Assembly (NCBI GenBank): GCA_965206645.1
Contig: CBDBKE010000002.1
Span: 416,001 to 480,000, forward strand
Source of the DNA: Terriglobia bacterium
GTDB lineage: Bacteria > Acidobacteriota > Terriglobia > JAJPHL01 > JAPKYU01
DNA: 64,000 nt
Direction of reading: 5' to 3'
Shown here: piece after piece, positions 1 to 11,059 of the stretch
How positions within the stretch are numbered: the first letter of the stretch is position 1
Layout: every line of letters starts with the position of its first letter
Notes under the pieces: model-generated
The model's database searches: none
Told to the model about the DNA's origin: nothing
The model's input: only the letters and a program-made list of their open reading frames with translations
Translations under genes and position numbers: made by a program

Positions 1-289
1 GGTCCTCGCTGCCGTCGTTAATCACCACCACTTCAAAGTCCGGGTAGGTCAACGACAGCAGCGAGCGGACCGTCTCCACGATGCTGACCTCCTCGTTGTA
101 GGCCGGGACCAACAACGAAATGGGAGGCGTGAAAGGCGAGGAGTAGATCTCCTGAAGCGAGATGTTCCTTATCCGTCGCTGGTGTTGCACGCTGGACCAC
201 AACGAGGCCACCATTAACAGCAGGCAGTGGACCGCGGAATACAGGTAGTAGAGGACAACGAATTGGTTAAACGCGATCAGCCAGCGCAT
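1..289 (-). CDS. Glycosyltransferase family 2, N-terminal part (runs off window start)
   Basis: Manual translation from ATG at 289: MRWLIAFNQFVVLYYLYSAVHCLLLMVASLW...PPISLLVPAYNEEVSIVETVRSLLSLTYPDFEVVVINDGSED. N-terminal TM helix plus GT2 motifs VPAYNEE and VVINDGS. Overlaps the stop of the upstream HEAT gene. Confidence 0.9.
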   Translation of the reverse strand, partial: MRWLIAFNQFVVLYYLYSAVHCLLLMVASLWSSVQHQRRIRNISLQEIYSSPFTPPISLLVPAYNEEVSIVETVRSLLSLTYPDFEVVVINDGSED

Positions 290-1628
290 GGCGACCTCGG
301 GGAGGCTCATAGGCAGCCGGTGCGACCAGGGCCGCTTGTAACTGTTGACTCACCCAGCGCAGCACGCGCTGCTGCCGACCGTCGGTGGCGCGAGCCTGGA
401 TTTGCTCGATGGCTGGAGCAAGAGCCGGGCTAGGGTGTTGAACGAGCAGTCTCGCCACTTTCAAGCGAACCCGAGAATCGGGGTGCGTTTCCAGCGCATA
501 TAGGAACTCTTGGGTAACCCCGGCGCGGAGTGCGGCACGCAACAGGCTGGTGGCTTCCTGGCGCTCCTCGGCTTGTGCGGACCGCAGTAGCGCAATCGTA
601 CGCCACAGCAACCCGCTGCGGCCCAGCAGCGACAGGTACGCCTCCAGGGCGTAGCGGTCTCCTGCATTCATCAAGTAGCGCAGAACGGGTAAGGGTTTGG
701 CGGCCAGGCGCGCCAGGGTCGTGGCAGCGCGCTGCCGTACCTGAAAATGGGAATCGCGCGTCGCATGCAGCACTGCGTCCAGGCACTCTGGACGGTTCAA
801 GTCCCCGATGCCCGCCAGGGCTCGCAGGCGCACGAACCAAGCGAAATCTCTCGCGAGCACGACCAGTATTGGCGCAGCTCGCGGGTCAGCAGTGCGTCCC
901 AGAATTCGGGCTATTTGCGCGCGCACTTCTTCGTCGGGATCAAAAGCAAATTCCTGCACCTGATCGAAGGTGGCTAGTTCAGGCAACTCACTCAGAGCGC
1001 GGGCCGCCAGGGTGCGCACCTGCGCGCGCTGGTCGTGCAGCAGCAAAATCAGAGATCCCCTCGGGATGCGGCAGCCGACCGCCGCGTGCAACCAAATGGT
1101 GGGGTGCAGCGGCAGGGCGGGTTCGGCCACGCACTGGATCAAGGCCGAAGCCGCTAGCGGGTCGCCGATAGCTGCCAGGGCTCGGGCGGCAGCCTGGCGC
1201 AACTCCGGAGAGGGGTCGCGCAGGAGGTCTATCAAAGCCGGCACTGCCACACGAGCGCCGGCTCTGCCCAGCAGGGCAGTCGATTGCAGCTTCTGCCAGT
1301 GCTTGCCGCGCCGCAGCCAGTCCACGTGTCGGTCCGGAAAGCCAGCGCGCTCCAACAGCTTCCTCAGCCGTTGCGCCTCCTGCCCGGTGGCGACTTCCAG
1401 GCGGTCTATAACCAGCGTCTCTAGCGTCTCGCGCCGATCCCGCGTGGCTAGTTCGACCCGGGAAATCTCCACACCCGACAGCAGCACTGGGAGCCGCTCC
1501 ACCCACTGACGCCGCAGGTCATCGCGCCGCGCAAACCGGCGACCTCGCCGCCAGCGCCGCAGCGCCATGAACCCAACCATGACCAGAATGCCGGCCAGGG
1601 GCAACAGCAGGCTCCAGGCCGGGAACAC
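267..1628 (-). CDS. Membrane-anchored HEAT/PBS-lyase repeat protein
   Basis: N-terminal TM helix; repeated HEAT units (LLRDPSPELRQAAARALAAIGD, DPDEEVRAQIARILG, DSHFQVRQRAATTL); coupled to the GT2 gene. Confidence 0.85.
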   Translation of the reverse strand: MFPAWSLLLPLAGILVMVGFMALRRWRRGRRFARRDDLRRQWVERLPVLLSGVEISRVELATRDRRETLETLVIDRLEVATGQEAQRLRKLLERAGFPDRHVDWLRRGKHWQKLQSTALLGRAGARVAVPALIDLLRDPSPELRQAAARALAAIGDPLAASALIQCVAEPALPLHPTIWLHAAVGCRIPRGSLILLLHDQRAQVRTLAARALSELPELATFDQVQEFAFDPDEEVRAQIARILGRTADPRAAPILVVLARDFAWFVRLRALAGIGDLNRPECLDAVLHATRDSHFQVRQRAATTLARLAAKPLPVLRYLMNAGDRYALEAYLSLLGRSGLLWRTIALLRSAQAEERQEATSLLRAALRAGVTQEFLYALETHPDSRVRLKVARLLVQHPSPALAPAIEQIQARATDGRQQRVLRWVSQQLQAALVAPAAYEPPRGRHALADRV

Positions 1629-2093
1629 AGTTCATGCAATGCACGTGGCATGCCAGCCCATTCCCTTTTCTTTCTGGAAGTTAGAAGAAGCGTCGATTCC
1701 CGTTTCGAAACTGTCTCTCAACGGGAAGCTTCACTGCGGCTTTTTAGCGAGGAATGCTACTGACCTGCTTCCCAAAAACTGGACCGGCCTAAATGAGAGT
1801 CCTCCGGCATGTTGACCTGCCCAGTGAAACTGTGGGCTTCCGCGCGCCGCACTGGCAGACTCCAGGCCAACACCAGCGCTGGGGCCTTTGACCACCGGTT
1901 GGTCCAACGGCGAAATCCACAGCTATTCTTGCCCGTTTCGCAGCAGGCCAGCACGACACTGAACTTGTATGCTCAATCAATACCGGAGACCGCCAAGGCG
2001 ACCGTTAAAGCCCTGGACCGAAAACTGTGCGGGGTTCTGAACACAACTGAACATAAGTACGAGATGTGAGAATGTCTAAGCCATTGTAAAAAC

Positions 2094-2170
2094 TGGCGGG
2101 GCCGACGGGACTCGAACCCGCGATCTCCTGCGTGACAGGCAGGCGTGATAACCAGCTTCACTACGGCCCC
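2094..2170 (-). tRNA. tRNA-Asp(GTC)
   Basis: Reverse complement GGGGCCGTAGTGAAGCTGGTTATCACGCCTGCCTGTCACGCAGGAGATCGCGGGTTCGAGTCCCGTCGGCCCCGCCA: cloverleaf, GTC anticodon, TTCGA loop, CCA end. Confidence 0.97.
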
Positions 2171-2541
2171 GCTGCGCAATGGCATCGCCGCCCGACCGGG
2201 CAGCGCGCGGGCAACGGGAAACTCAAACTCTGGTCCCCTCTTGCTAAGCTATCACAGCTTTGTGCTTGAGACCACCCTGGCGTCCTCCATGTATGGCTCT
2301 ACTGCCTCGCGGAGCGCGATGGCCTCGGCGGCATCCGGGCGCAAGCGCTCGGTCCTTTGAAGAAACGGCCAGTTGGCTCCGAATGGTTCGACTTATAATA
2401 CGGTGCTGAGCATAGCGCTAGTGATCACTTCGAGTTCTTCAACAGGGCCGCCAGAGTTTTGTTAGGATAGCCCCTTCGACTACCGAGTGGGAGCCGCCAA
2501 CTGTTGAGTGCCTCGCTAGCCACGCAACAGGAGGATTCTGG

Positions 2542-2880
2542 ATGCCGCAAAAGCTGTACGTGGGAAATCTGCCCCACTCGGTCAACGACCAGGACCTGGT
2601 GGACTGGGTCACCAACGAAGGCTTCAAGGTCGAAACCGGCCGGGTGATCCGAGACCGGGCCACGGGCCAGTCCCGTGGATTTGGTTTTGTTGAGTTGACG
2701 CAAGGGGAAGACATGGCTCAGGCGATCGCCCGCCTGAGCGGAATGCAGTGGGAGGGGCGGACGATTCAGGTGAATGAAGCTCGGCCGGAAGCCGCCCCAC
2801 GGGGAGGCGGCCGTGACTTTTCGGGCGGGCGTGGCGGGCGCGGCGGTTTTTCCGGTGGTGGCGGCAAACGACGCTGGTAA
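2542..2880 (+). CDS. RNA-binding protein (RRM/RNP-1) with Gly-rich tail
   Basis: KLYVGNL (RNP2), SRGFGFVE (RNP1), VNEARP, glycine/arginine tail; GGAGG RBS upstream. Confidence 0.95.
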   Translation: MPQKLYVGNLPHSVNDQDLVDWVTNEGFKVETGRVIRDRATGQSRGFGFVELTQGEDMAQAIARLSGMQWEGRTIQVNEARPEAAPRGGGRDFSGGRGGRGGFSGGGGKRRW

Positions 2881-3049
2881 CTTCTTCGGAGTGACCTTTA
2901 CACGGCGGCCCGTTAACACAGTGCATGACTTCGCTACCGGTCGCCGTCCGACTTTTTACTCGCTACGTTTCGTCTTGTACGGCTACGCCGTTGCCGACGC
3001 GTTCGGCGAGTCAAGCCTAGCTGTCAAATAAGAAGCTGCGACTTGAGAG

Positions 3050-5848
3050 CTAGCTGCAGCCGGAGGTGGAGCCGCAGTTGCCGCATTTATAGCAATTGCC
3101 GTTGCGGGTCATGAGGCTGCCGCAGTCGGCACAGACCGGGGCGTCCTCAAGGTAGGGCTCTCGGGTGATAGGCAGGGCCAGTTGTGGCTCCGGCTCGGTG
3201 GGCTTCAGCGGCGGCACCACTGCATCCGGTTCAGCTTCGCTTTGTTTGTATTCGGGCGAGAGGAACTTGGCTCCCAGCCAGCGGAAGATGTAGTCCATGA
3301 TGGACTTGGCGTAAGGGATTTCCGGGTTGCCGGTCCAGCCGCTGGGCTCAAAGCGCACGTGGCTGAACTTGTCCACCAGCACCTTCAGCGGCACGCCGTA
3401 TTGCAAGGCCAGGGAAATCGCCGTGGCAAAGCTGTCCATCAGGCCGCTGACGGTGGAGCCCTCCTTGGCCATGGTGATGAACACCTCGCCTGGCGTGCCG
3501 TCCTCGTACATGCCGACGGTGATATAGCCCTCGTGGCCGGCGACAGAAAACTTGTGGGTTTTGGAGTCGCGCTCGGCAGCCAGCTTGCGGCGGCGGGGTT
3601 CGGCAACCGCAGCGCCGGCGGGCGTGGCGGCCGGACTTGCTTTCGACTCCATCTCCTTGTTCTCCGTACTGAGCGGCTGGACCTTCTTCGAGCCATCGCG
3701 ATAGATGGCCACCGCCTTCAGGCCTAGTTTCCAGGACTGCAAGTAGGCCTGAATGATCTCCTCGACCGTGGTGTCGCCCGGCACGTTAATGGTCTTGGAG
3801 ATGGCGCCGGAAACGAACGGCTGCACCGCGGCCACCATCTTCAGGTGCCCCATGTAGTGAATGGCGCGCGTCCCCCCGGCCGGCCGGAAGGAGGAATCGA
3901 ACACCGGCAGGTGTTCCGGCTTCAGGTTGGGGGCGCCCTCGATGGTGCCCTCACGGTCAATGTAGCCGACAATCTCGCTCACCTGATCGGGCGCATAGCC
4001 CAGCTTGAGCAGCGCAGCCGGAACGGTCTGGTTGACGATCTTGATCGTGCCGCCGCCCACCATCCGCTTGAACTTCACCAGGGCCAGTTCGGGCTCGATC
4101 CCGGTGGTATCGCAATCCATCATGAAGCCGATGGTGCCGGTGGGGGCGATGACGGTGACCTGCGCGTTGCGATAGCCGAAGCGCCGCCCCGTGTCCAGGC
4201 ACTCGTCCCAAACCTCCTGCGCAGCTCCCAGCATCGCCGGAACCACCAGCCGCGCCGGAATCTGCGCTACTGCGTCGCGGTGCATCCCGATCACCCCGAG
4301 GAACGGCTCCCGGTTCGGCTCGTAGCCGGGGAAGGGGCCGATGGCGGCGGCCAGCCGGGCGCTGGTCAGGTAAGCCTGGCCGTGCATGATGGCGCTGATG
4401 GCGCCGGCCGCCGCCCGGCCCTCCTCGGAATCATAGGGCAGGCTGGTGGCCATCAGCATCGCGCCCAGATTGGCGTAGCCAAGCCCCAGCGGACGGTAGT
4501 CGTGCGAGTTGCGGCCGATCCGCTCGGTGGGGTAGCTGGCGTTGTCCACCATGATCTCCTGGGCCACGATCATCGTGTCCACTGCGTGGCGGAAGGCCTC
4601 GACGTCAAACTGGCCGTTGAGGAACTTCATCAGGTTCAGCGACGCCAGGTTGCAGGCGGAGTCGTCCAGAAACATGTACTCGCTGCAGGGATTGGAGGCG
4701 TTGATCCGGCCGCTGCTCTTGGAGGTGTGCCAGCGGTTCACCGTGGTGTCAAACTGCATGCCGGGATCGCCGCACTGGTGGGTGGCTTCCGCGATCATGC
4801 GCAACAGCTCGCGGGCCTGGTAGCTCTTGACCGGACGGCCGTCCAGCGTCGAACGGGTTTGCCACTCGCCGTCCCGCTCCACCGCCTGCATGAACTCGTC
4901 GGTGACCCGCACCGAGTTGTTGGCGTTCTGGAAGAAGATGGAGCTGTAGGCTTCGCCGTCCAGCGAGCTGTCATAGCCGGACTCGACCAGCCTCCAGGCC
5001 TTACGCTCCTCTTTGGCCTTGCACTGGATGAATTGCACCGCGTCGGGGTGGTCAATGTTGAGCACCACCATCTTGGCAGCCCGGCGTGTGGTCCCGCCGC
5101 TCTTGATGACTCCGGCGAAAGCGTCGAAGCCGCGCATGAAACTCAGCGGGCCGCTTGCCCGGCCGCCCCCGCTCAGCGGCGCGTCCTGCTCGCGCAGCGA
5201 CGACAGGTTTGTGCCGGTGCCGGAGCCGAATTTGAACAGCATGCCCTCGGTCTTGGCCAACGTCAGGATGGAGTCCAGAGAATCGTCAATTGAGTTGATG
5301 AAGCAGGCCGAGCACTGCGGCCGCCGCTCCTGCTTTTCCACCGTGCGCACACCGTCCACTGCCTGGTCCCAAACCCAGCCGTAGCTGTTCTTCGACGTGC
5401 CCACGTTGAACCAGACCGGCGAGTTAAAGCTGGCCTTCTGCTGGATCATCAGGTGGGCCAGCTCGTCGCCGAAGTTCTCCGCATCCTCCGGGCTGGCAAA
5501 GTAGCCGCCAGCGCGACCCCACTGAGTGATGGTGTCCACCACGCGGCGGATCAACTGGCGGGCGCTGGTTTCCCGCTGCGGGCCCTGTGGCTTTCCGTAA
5601 AAATATTTGCTGGCGACGATGTTGGTAGCCGTCTGCGACCAATCTTTCGGCACCTCCACGTCTCGTTGTTCGAAGATGGTCTCGCCCCGCTCATTGGTAA
5701 TCGAGGCGATGCGGAACTCCCACTGCACGTCGTCGTAGGGTGAGACTGTGGCTTTGGTAAAATAGCGGGGGAAGCGAATTCCTTTAGGAAAGCGTTCGCG
5801 GGTTGCCTCTGCGTTGGTCTTCAAGTTCACAGAAAGCTCGCCCATCAT
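3050..5848 (-). CDS. nrdJ: Adenosylcobalamin-dependent class II ribonucleotide reductase
   Basis: PQCSACFI, ASNPCSEY catalytic motif, IAPTGTIG, SGAISKTIN, C-terminal TSCPD-like region and CxxC...CxxC zinc ribbon. Confidence 0.95.
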   Translation of the reverse strand: MMGELSVNLKTNAEATRERFPKGIRFPRYFTKATVSPYDDVQWEFRIASITNERGETIFEQRDVEVPKDWSQTATNIVASKYFYGKPQGPQRETSARQLIRRVVDTITQWGRAGGYFASPEDAENFGDELAHLMIQQKASFNSPVWFNVGTSKNSYGWVWDQAVDGVRTVEKQERRPQCSACFINSIDDSLDSILTLAKTEGMLFKFGSGTGTNLSSLREQDAPLSGGGRASGPLSFMRGFDAFAGVIKSGGTTRRAAKMVVLNIDHPDAVQFIQCKAKEERKAWRLVESGYDSSLDGEAYSSIFFQNANNSVRVTDEFMQAVERDGEWQTRSTLDGRPVKSYQARELLRMIAEATHQCGDPGMQFDTTVNRWHTSKSSGRINASNPCSEYMFLDDSACNLASLNLMKFLNGQFDVEAFRHAVDTMIVAQEIMVDNASYPTERIGRNSHDYRPLGLGYANLGAMLMATSLPYDSEEGRAAAGAISAIMHGQAYLTSARLAAAIGPFPGYEPNREPFLGVIGMHRDAVAQIPARLVVPAMLGAAQEVWDECLDTGRRFGYRNAQVTVIAPTGTIGFMMDCDTTGIEPELALVKFKRMVGGGTIKIVNQTVPAALLKLGYAPDQVSEIVGYIDREGTIEGAPNLKPEHLPVFDSSFRPAGGTRAIHYMGHLKMVAAVQPFVSGAISKTINVPGDTTVEEIIQAYLQSWKLGLKAVAIYRDGSKKVQPLSTENKEMESKASPAATPAGAAVAEPRRRKLAAERDSKTHKFSVAGHEGYITVGMYEDGTPGEVFITMAKEGSTVSGLMDSFATAISLALQYGVPLKVLVDKFSHVRFEPSGWTGNPEIPYAKSIMDYIFRWLGAKFLSPEYKQSEAEPDAVVPPLKPTEPEPQLALPITREPYLEDAPVCADCGSLMTRNGNCYKCGNCGSTSGCS

Positions 5849-5969
5849 GCCTCCTTACGTCGAAGGGACCCCGCCCTGAGCCTCCAGAGGCCATTCGAAG
5901 ATTCATCTAAGTTGTGGGTTACTGGCCTGGGTGCCCCACGTGGTTCCCAACAGGCGCGGACGGATATTT

Positions 5970-6016
5970 GCACTATATCTTGTAGCTTGTCAAGATAAAT
6001 CGTCTACGTATTGTAC
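5970..6016. promoter_or_regulatory. Tandem NrdR boxes upstream of nrdJ
   Basis: GCACTATATCTTGTAG (5970-5985) and CGTCTACGTATTGTAC (6001-6016) match acaCwAtATaTwGtg; starts are 31 bp apart, the usual tandem spacing. Confidence 0.8.
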
Positions 6017-6142
6017 TATTCCCGAATCGTCCGCTAGGTCAATTAGTTAGCGGCCAGCGCTAGGTCCGCGGGCACTATTCAGCTCCACGTTACCGAAACA
6101 GAACTCATCAGTGTTGCCGGCTATGTTGGAGTCATGCTGGCG

Positions 6143-7558
6143 TCAGGCCTCGGGTGGGTGGCGGTGGACCCATTCGGTGGCCTGCTCGTAGGCGTACCCA
6201 ACTCGTAGCACGGTAGACTCGCGAAAGGCTCCACCTACAATCTGCAGGCCGATAGGCAGACCGCTGCGGTCGAGGCCGCAGGGCACCGATAAGGCGGGCG
6301 CGCCGGCAAAGTTCCAGGGGCGCACCAAGCGGGTGCTTGCCAAACGCACGTCCTCGGGCTCTCCGTTGACGAGCACGCTGGTTTCACCGATCGTAGGCGC
6401 AGTGATGGGAGTGGTGGGCGTCACCAGCACCGCCACCTTCTGGAAGACGGCCTCCAGTTCGGCCACGAAGCGGCGGCGGGTGCGCTGCGCGTTCACGTAA
6501 TCAGTAGCAAGGATGCATTCCCCTTGCTCCAGCAGAGCCCGCACGTCGGCGCCGATCTCGTGGCGGTGACTGCGCAGCAGCTTCTGGTGCAGCGCCGCGG
6601 CCTCCCCCAGCAGGATCAGCCGGCCCAGCTCAGTGGCCGCCTCGATGCCGGGCAGCCGCAACGGCTCCAGACGCGCGCCGAGTTCCTCCAGCGTCTTAAG
6701 CGCCGTGCGCACCGCCCGCTCTACGTCCGGGCTGAGGTGGTCAAAGAAGTAGTTCTCGGGAACCCCGACCACCAGGCCGCGAACGCCCTGGCCGATCTCG
6801 CCCAGATAGTCGGACACAGGCGCCGTAGCAGCGGAGTCGTCGCGGGAGCCAGGGCCTGCGATGGCCCCGAGCATCGCCGCGGCGTCCCACACGGTGCGGG
6901 CCAGCGGACCGGCGGTGTCCAGGCTCCAGGCCAGCGGAATCACGCCGTGGAGGCTCACCCGGCCGAAGGTCGGCTTCAATCCCACCACTCCGCAGTACGC
7001 AGCCGGAATGCGGATCGAGCCGCCGGTATCGCTGCCCATCGACGCCGAGCAGAGCGAGGCCGCCACCGCCGCACCGGAGCCGCCGCTGGAGCCGCCGGGG
7101 ATTTGCGTGCGACTCCAGGGATTGCGGGCCGGGCCGAAATGCGGGTTGGTGGTGGTGATCCCGTAGGCCAGCTCGTGCAGGTGTGTCTTGCCCAGCAGCA
7201 CGACGCCAGCGTCGCGCAGGCGTGCCACGACGGTGGCGTCATGATCCGGGACAAAATCAGCGAAAATCGGGGACCCGGCGGTGGTGCGCACGCCCCGGGT
7301 GTAGTACAGATCCTTCACGGAGACAGGAATGCCGTCGAGCGGCCCGCGGTACTGGCCGGCGGCAATGGCGCGCTCCGCCTCGCGCGCCTGCTCCAGAGCG
7401 GTCTCGGGCAGCGCTGTCAGGTAGGCATTCAACACCGGGTTCTGTTTTTCGATTCGGTCCAGCATGGCCTGCGTGAGTTCCACCGGGGAGAGCTTGCGCT
7501 CCCGCAGCAGGCTGGACAGCTTCTCAATGCTGAGCGTGGCCACCGAGGCCGCGCTCAC
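6143..7558 (-). CDS. Amidase signature family protein (GatA/AtzE-like)
   Basis: GIPVSVKD, PGGSSGGS, GSDTGGSIRIPA (Ser-cisSer-Lys triad), GLPIGLQIVG. Confidence 0.92.
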   Translation of the reverse strand: MSAASVATLSIEKLSSLLRERKLSPVELTQAMLDRIEKQNPVLNAYLTALPETALEQAREAERAIAAGQYRGPLDGIPVSVKDLYYTRGVRTTAGSPIFADFVPDHDATVVARLRDAGVVLLGKTHLHELAYGITTTNPHFGPARNPWSRTQIPGGSSGGSGAAVAASLCSASMGSDTGGSIRIPAAYCGVVGLKPTFGRVSLHGVIPLAWSLDTAGPLARTVWDAAAMLGAIAGPGSRDDSAATAPVSDYLGEIGQGVRGLVVGVPENYFFDHLSPDVERAVRTALKTLEELGARLEPLRLPGIEAATELGRLILLGEAAALHQKLLRSHRHEIGADVRALLEQGECILATDYVNAQRTRRRFVAELEAVFQKVAVLVTPTTPITAPTIGETSVLVNGEPEDVRLASTRLVRPWNFAGAPALSVPCGLDRSGLPIGLQIVGGAFRESTVLRVGYAYEQATEWVHRHPPEA

Positions 7559-7764
7559 GACTCCTCTCCCGGGAGCCGGAAGCAGAAGGCAGGGCCCATG
7601 AAGCCCAAGTCGGGCTCCAGCGCCTGACGCGTGGCGGCGGTGATGCGGTCGAGAGTAGGGGTGATCGCTTCGATTTCCTCGTCCGGGATTTCCAGGTCGG
7701 CCGCGGCCGCAAACCGCTTCCAGCGCTCGGCCGCCGAAGTGGTGTCACGCTTTTTCTTTTTCAT
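7555..7764 (-). CDS. Small amidase partner protein (GatC/AtzG-like)
   Basis: About 69 aa from MKKKKRDTTS..., with FAAAADLEIPDEEIEAITPTL and a C-terminal PAFCF; 4-bp overlap with the amidase start. Confidence 0.55.
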   Translation of the reverse strand: MKKKKRDTTSAAERWKRFAAAADLEIPDEEIEAITPTLDRITAATRQALEPDLGFMGPAFCFRLPGEES

Positions 7765-8083
7765 TGAGGATTGACCTATTGATGATCGAACCGGGGCGGC
7801 AGTATAGCACGCGACTCGCACTGCTCATGCCCAACCGCCATGGAAGCCGTCGGGAGATTATCTCCCGGATATCCTTGACTTCCCAAATCCCTGGGGAGCA
7901 GAATTCGCTACAGATAGCCTCGCAGAAAAGCAAGTTCCAGGTGAACGGGGCGTCTTCCAACCTGCGCGAGGCCGTCAGTCGCAGAGGGGCACTTCCAGGG
8001 CGTATGGGGTTAATCGAAACAAGTTGCCGGTAGTTCGCTGAGTTCGCCGGCGGGGTCCACTCGGACCGGGCCACAGCCTTAGC

Positions 8084-10084
8084 ATGGCGGTCACTGTCAT
8101 GGCGTCCAGATTCTTGCTCTCTTCGCTGCTCTTCCTTTGGTTCATTCCGCTAGCCACAGGGGCTGCGCTTGCGAATAAGCCGGCCGATGAGTGGCCGCCG
8201 ATCTCGCCCGAAGAGCTGGCGATGAAGGAGTACCCGGCCAGCCCCGGCGCCCCTGCCATCATCCTCTACCGCGAAATGCACACCGATGGCGTGAAACACT
8301 TCGAGACGCATTGCCGGCGGATCAAAATCTTTACTGAGGAAGGAAAGAAGCATGCCAACGTGGAAATTCCCTATTTGAAAGGCAAAACTCGCATCAAAGA
8401 AATCAAAGCCAGAACAGTCCATCCGGATGGAACGGTAGTCGCTTTTACTGGAGATATCTTTAGAGAAGGTTGTCGTCAAGTATAAAAAACTCAAGATTCT
8501 GGTGAAGAGTTTCACGCTGCCTGACGTCCGGGTAGGAAGCATAATCGAATACAAGTACAGCATCCGTTGGGGTTCAAATTTGCGTTTCCTTCCGACACAG
8601 TGGTTCATCGAGCACGAACTGTTCACCCGGCAGGCACGCTGTTCACCCGGCAGGCACGCTTTTCGCTCAGGCCATACCAGTCAATTCACTTTTCCGCTAT
8701 GTCGACAGGCTTCAGGATCTCGAAGAGCAAACTTCCCAAGCTACAGGCGGACGGCAGTCATCAGATGGAGTTGGAGAACATCCCGGCCTTCCAGGAAGAG
8801 GAGCACATTCCGCCGGAGACTGAGCTGAAGATGTGGGTGCTGTTTTACTATCTCCACAATACGTGGGGGGGATCGCCCGAGGGATTCTGGAAGGAAACGG
8901 GAATGGATTTGCACCAGAAGGTAGAGAAATTCATCGGCAAGCGCAAGGCGATCGCGAAAGAGGCGGCCCGAACCGTCCAACCCAACGATCCCCCAGAAAC
9001 CAAGCTGCGCAAGCTTTACGCGCGGGTGCACCAGATCCGAAATCTGAGTTGCGATCGTAAAAGTACGGAAAGAGACGAGAAACTAAGGAAAAACAAAAAT
9101 GTAAAAGACGTGCTGAAGCGTGGTTATGGCTGCCCCTGGCACATCAACTGGTTGTTCGTAGCTCTGGCCCGCGCGGCTGGTTTTGATGCCACGGCTGTGC
9201 GAGTCGCTTCGCGGAGCAATGGCTTCTTTAAGCGTAAGCTATTCGATGCCAGCCAGCTCAACGCCGATCTGGTGCTCGTTCGCCACGGCGGCAAGGAGTA
9301 CTACCTGGACCCGGCCAACCGCTACTGCCCGTTTAGGCTGCTTTCGTGGGACCAAACGGGAGTCCAAGGCATCCGGCTGGCAGAAGACGGAGGCGAGTTT
9401 GTAACGACACCGCTCCCTTTGAGCTCCCATACAATGACCGGGCGTAAGGCGAACCTGCAACTGGGCACTAACGGAAGTCTCCAAGGCACGGTGGAAGTGA
9501 GCTTCACCGGACAGGAAGCGTTGCGGCGGCGGCTGGATGCCATCGAGACGGACGAGGTCGGGCGGCGCAAGGAGATGGAAGAGGAGGTGAAAGGGTGGCT
9601 GCCCGCGGGTGCCAGCGCTGAGCAGCAGAGCGTTACGGGCTGGGAAGGGACCGAAGAGCCGCTGAAAGCGGAATTCGCCGTGCGAATTCCGAACTTTGGA
9701 ACCTCCACCGGGCGCCGCCTGATCTTGCCCGTGGCCATCTTCCAGGCTAACGAAAAGCATCCCTTCCTGCACGACAAGCGGGTCCATCCGATTTACTTTC
9801 CCTACCCGTGGCAGGAAGTTGATGAGATCACCGTGCAGTTGCCCGAGGGGTACAAGGCGGAGAGCCTCCCGAAAAAGCGGACGAGCAGGCCGAAGTTCGG
9901 CAAGTACGAAATTTCCTATGAAGATCAAGGGCGAACGTTGCGGCTGCAACGCAGCTTTGCCATGGGAGCCATTTGGTTCCCTGTAGAACATTACCCGAGT
10001 CTGCGGCTTTTCTTTGACGCAGTGAGGAGCGGTGATGAACAACAGGTTGTTTTGCAGGCCGTGGAAACTGACTCACAGGATTAG
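8084..10084 (+). pseudogene. DUF3857/transglutaminase-like secreted protein, two frameshifts
   Basis: Signal peptide, then APAIILYRE, IKARTVHPDG, FTLPDVRVGSIIEYKY, YLDP. A +1 insertion at ~8462 breaks GDIF-EKVVVK, and a 20-bp tandem duplication lies at 8619-8658. Confidence 0.85.
8619..8658 (+). repeat. 20-bp perfect tandem duplication CTGTTCACCCGGCAGGCACG x2
   Basis: Directly visible; causes a frameshift in the DUF3857 gene. Confidence 0.95.
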
Positions 10085-11059
10085 GAGCGTCGCTGGGCTG
10101 CTGGTGGCTGCCGCGCTGTTGGTGTGGGCGCCACAAGCTATAGCCGGCGCGCCGGACTGGCTTCGGGCATCGGCCCAAACGGCCTTGCCTGACTATCCGG
10201 AGGATACCGCGGCGGTTGTCTTACTAGACGAGCAGGTGACCACGGTTAAGAAAACCGGCGAGTTCAAGACCCTGCACCGGCGCGCCTACAAGATTCTGCG
10301 GCCTGAAGGAAAAAGATACGGCAGAGTTGTGGTGCACTTCGACAATGAAACCCGCCTTTCTAGGATCAAAGGCTGGAGCATACCCGCCCGCGGCAAACAG
10401 TACGAAGTCAAGGAAAAGGACGCGGTGGAAACCAGCCTGTTTACCGCGACGTTTTACGAGGACACGCGGTACAAGGTGCTGGCAATTCCAGCCGCCGAGC
10501 CGGGAAGCGTGATCGGCTACGAGTACGAACAAAAGCGACGCCCCTGGATATTGCAGGAGATCTGGCGGTTTCAGTCCTCAATTCCGGTGCGAAAGGCACG
10601 ATTCGCGCTGGAGCTGCCTGCTGATTGGGAGTTCCAGGCGCATTGGTTGAACCACCCTGCCCGGGAACCCCAGTCTGCTGGCAAGACCCGGTGGGTATGG
10701 GAAGTGGCAAATGTTCCCGCAGTGGAGCGGGAACCCTCCATGCCGCCTTGGCGGGCAACGGCAGGGTGGTTGGCCGTAAGCTTCTTCCCCCGCCAGGAAC
10801 ACCTGCGTGGGAAGAGCCATGGAAGCTGGCGCGACGTCGGGCGGTGGTATGCGAAACTTACCGCCGGCCGCCGCCGCACAACTCCGGAAATCAAACAGAA
10901 GGTGGAGGAACTGACGGTCGGGAGACCTGCGCGGCTGGATAAGCTGAAGGCATTGGCTGCCTTCGTACAACGACAGGTCCGCTACGTAGCCATTGAGATT
11001 GGGATTGGCGGCTACCAGCCCTGACCAGACCGATTTTTTGTACCAACCGTAGTGAGAGT

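Noticed and set aside
5850-6140. Cobalamin riboswitch upstream of nrdJ
   Set aside because: No B12-box or conserved core recognisable; the NrdR boxes explain the region.
8462-8658. Compensatory frameshift pair restoring DUF3857 gene 1
   Set aside because: Net +21 restores the frame, but stop codons (first TAA at 8483) lie between the two events.
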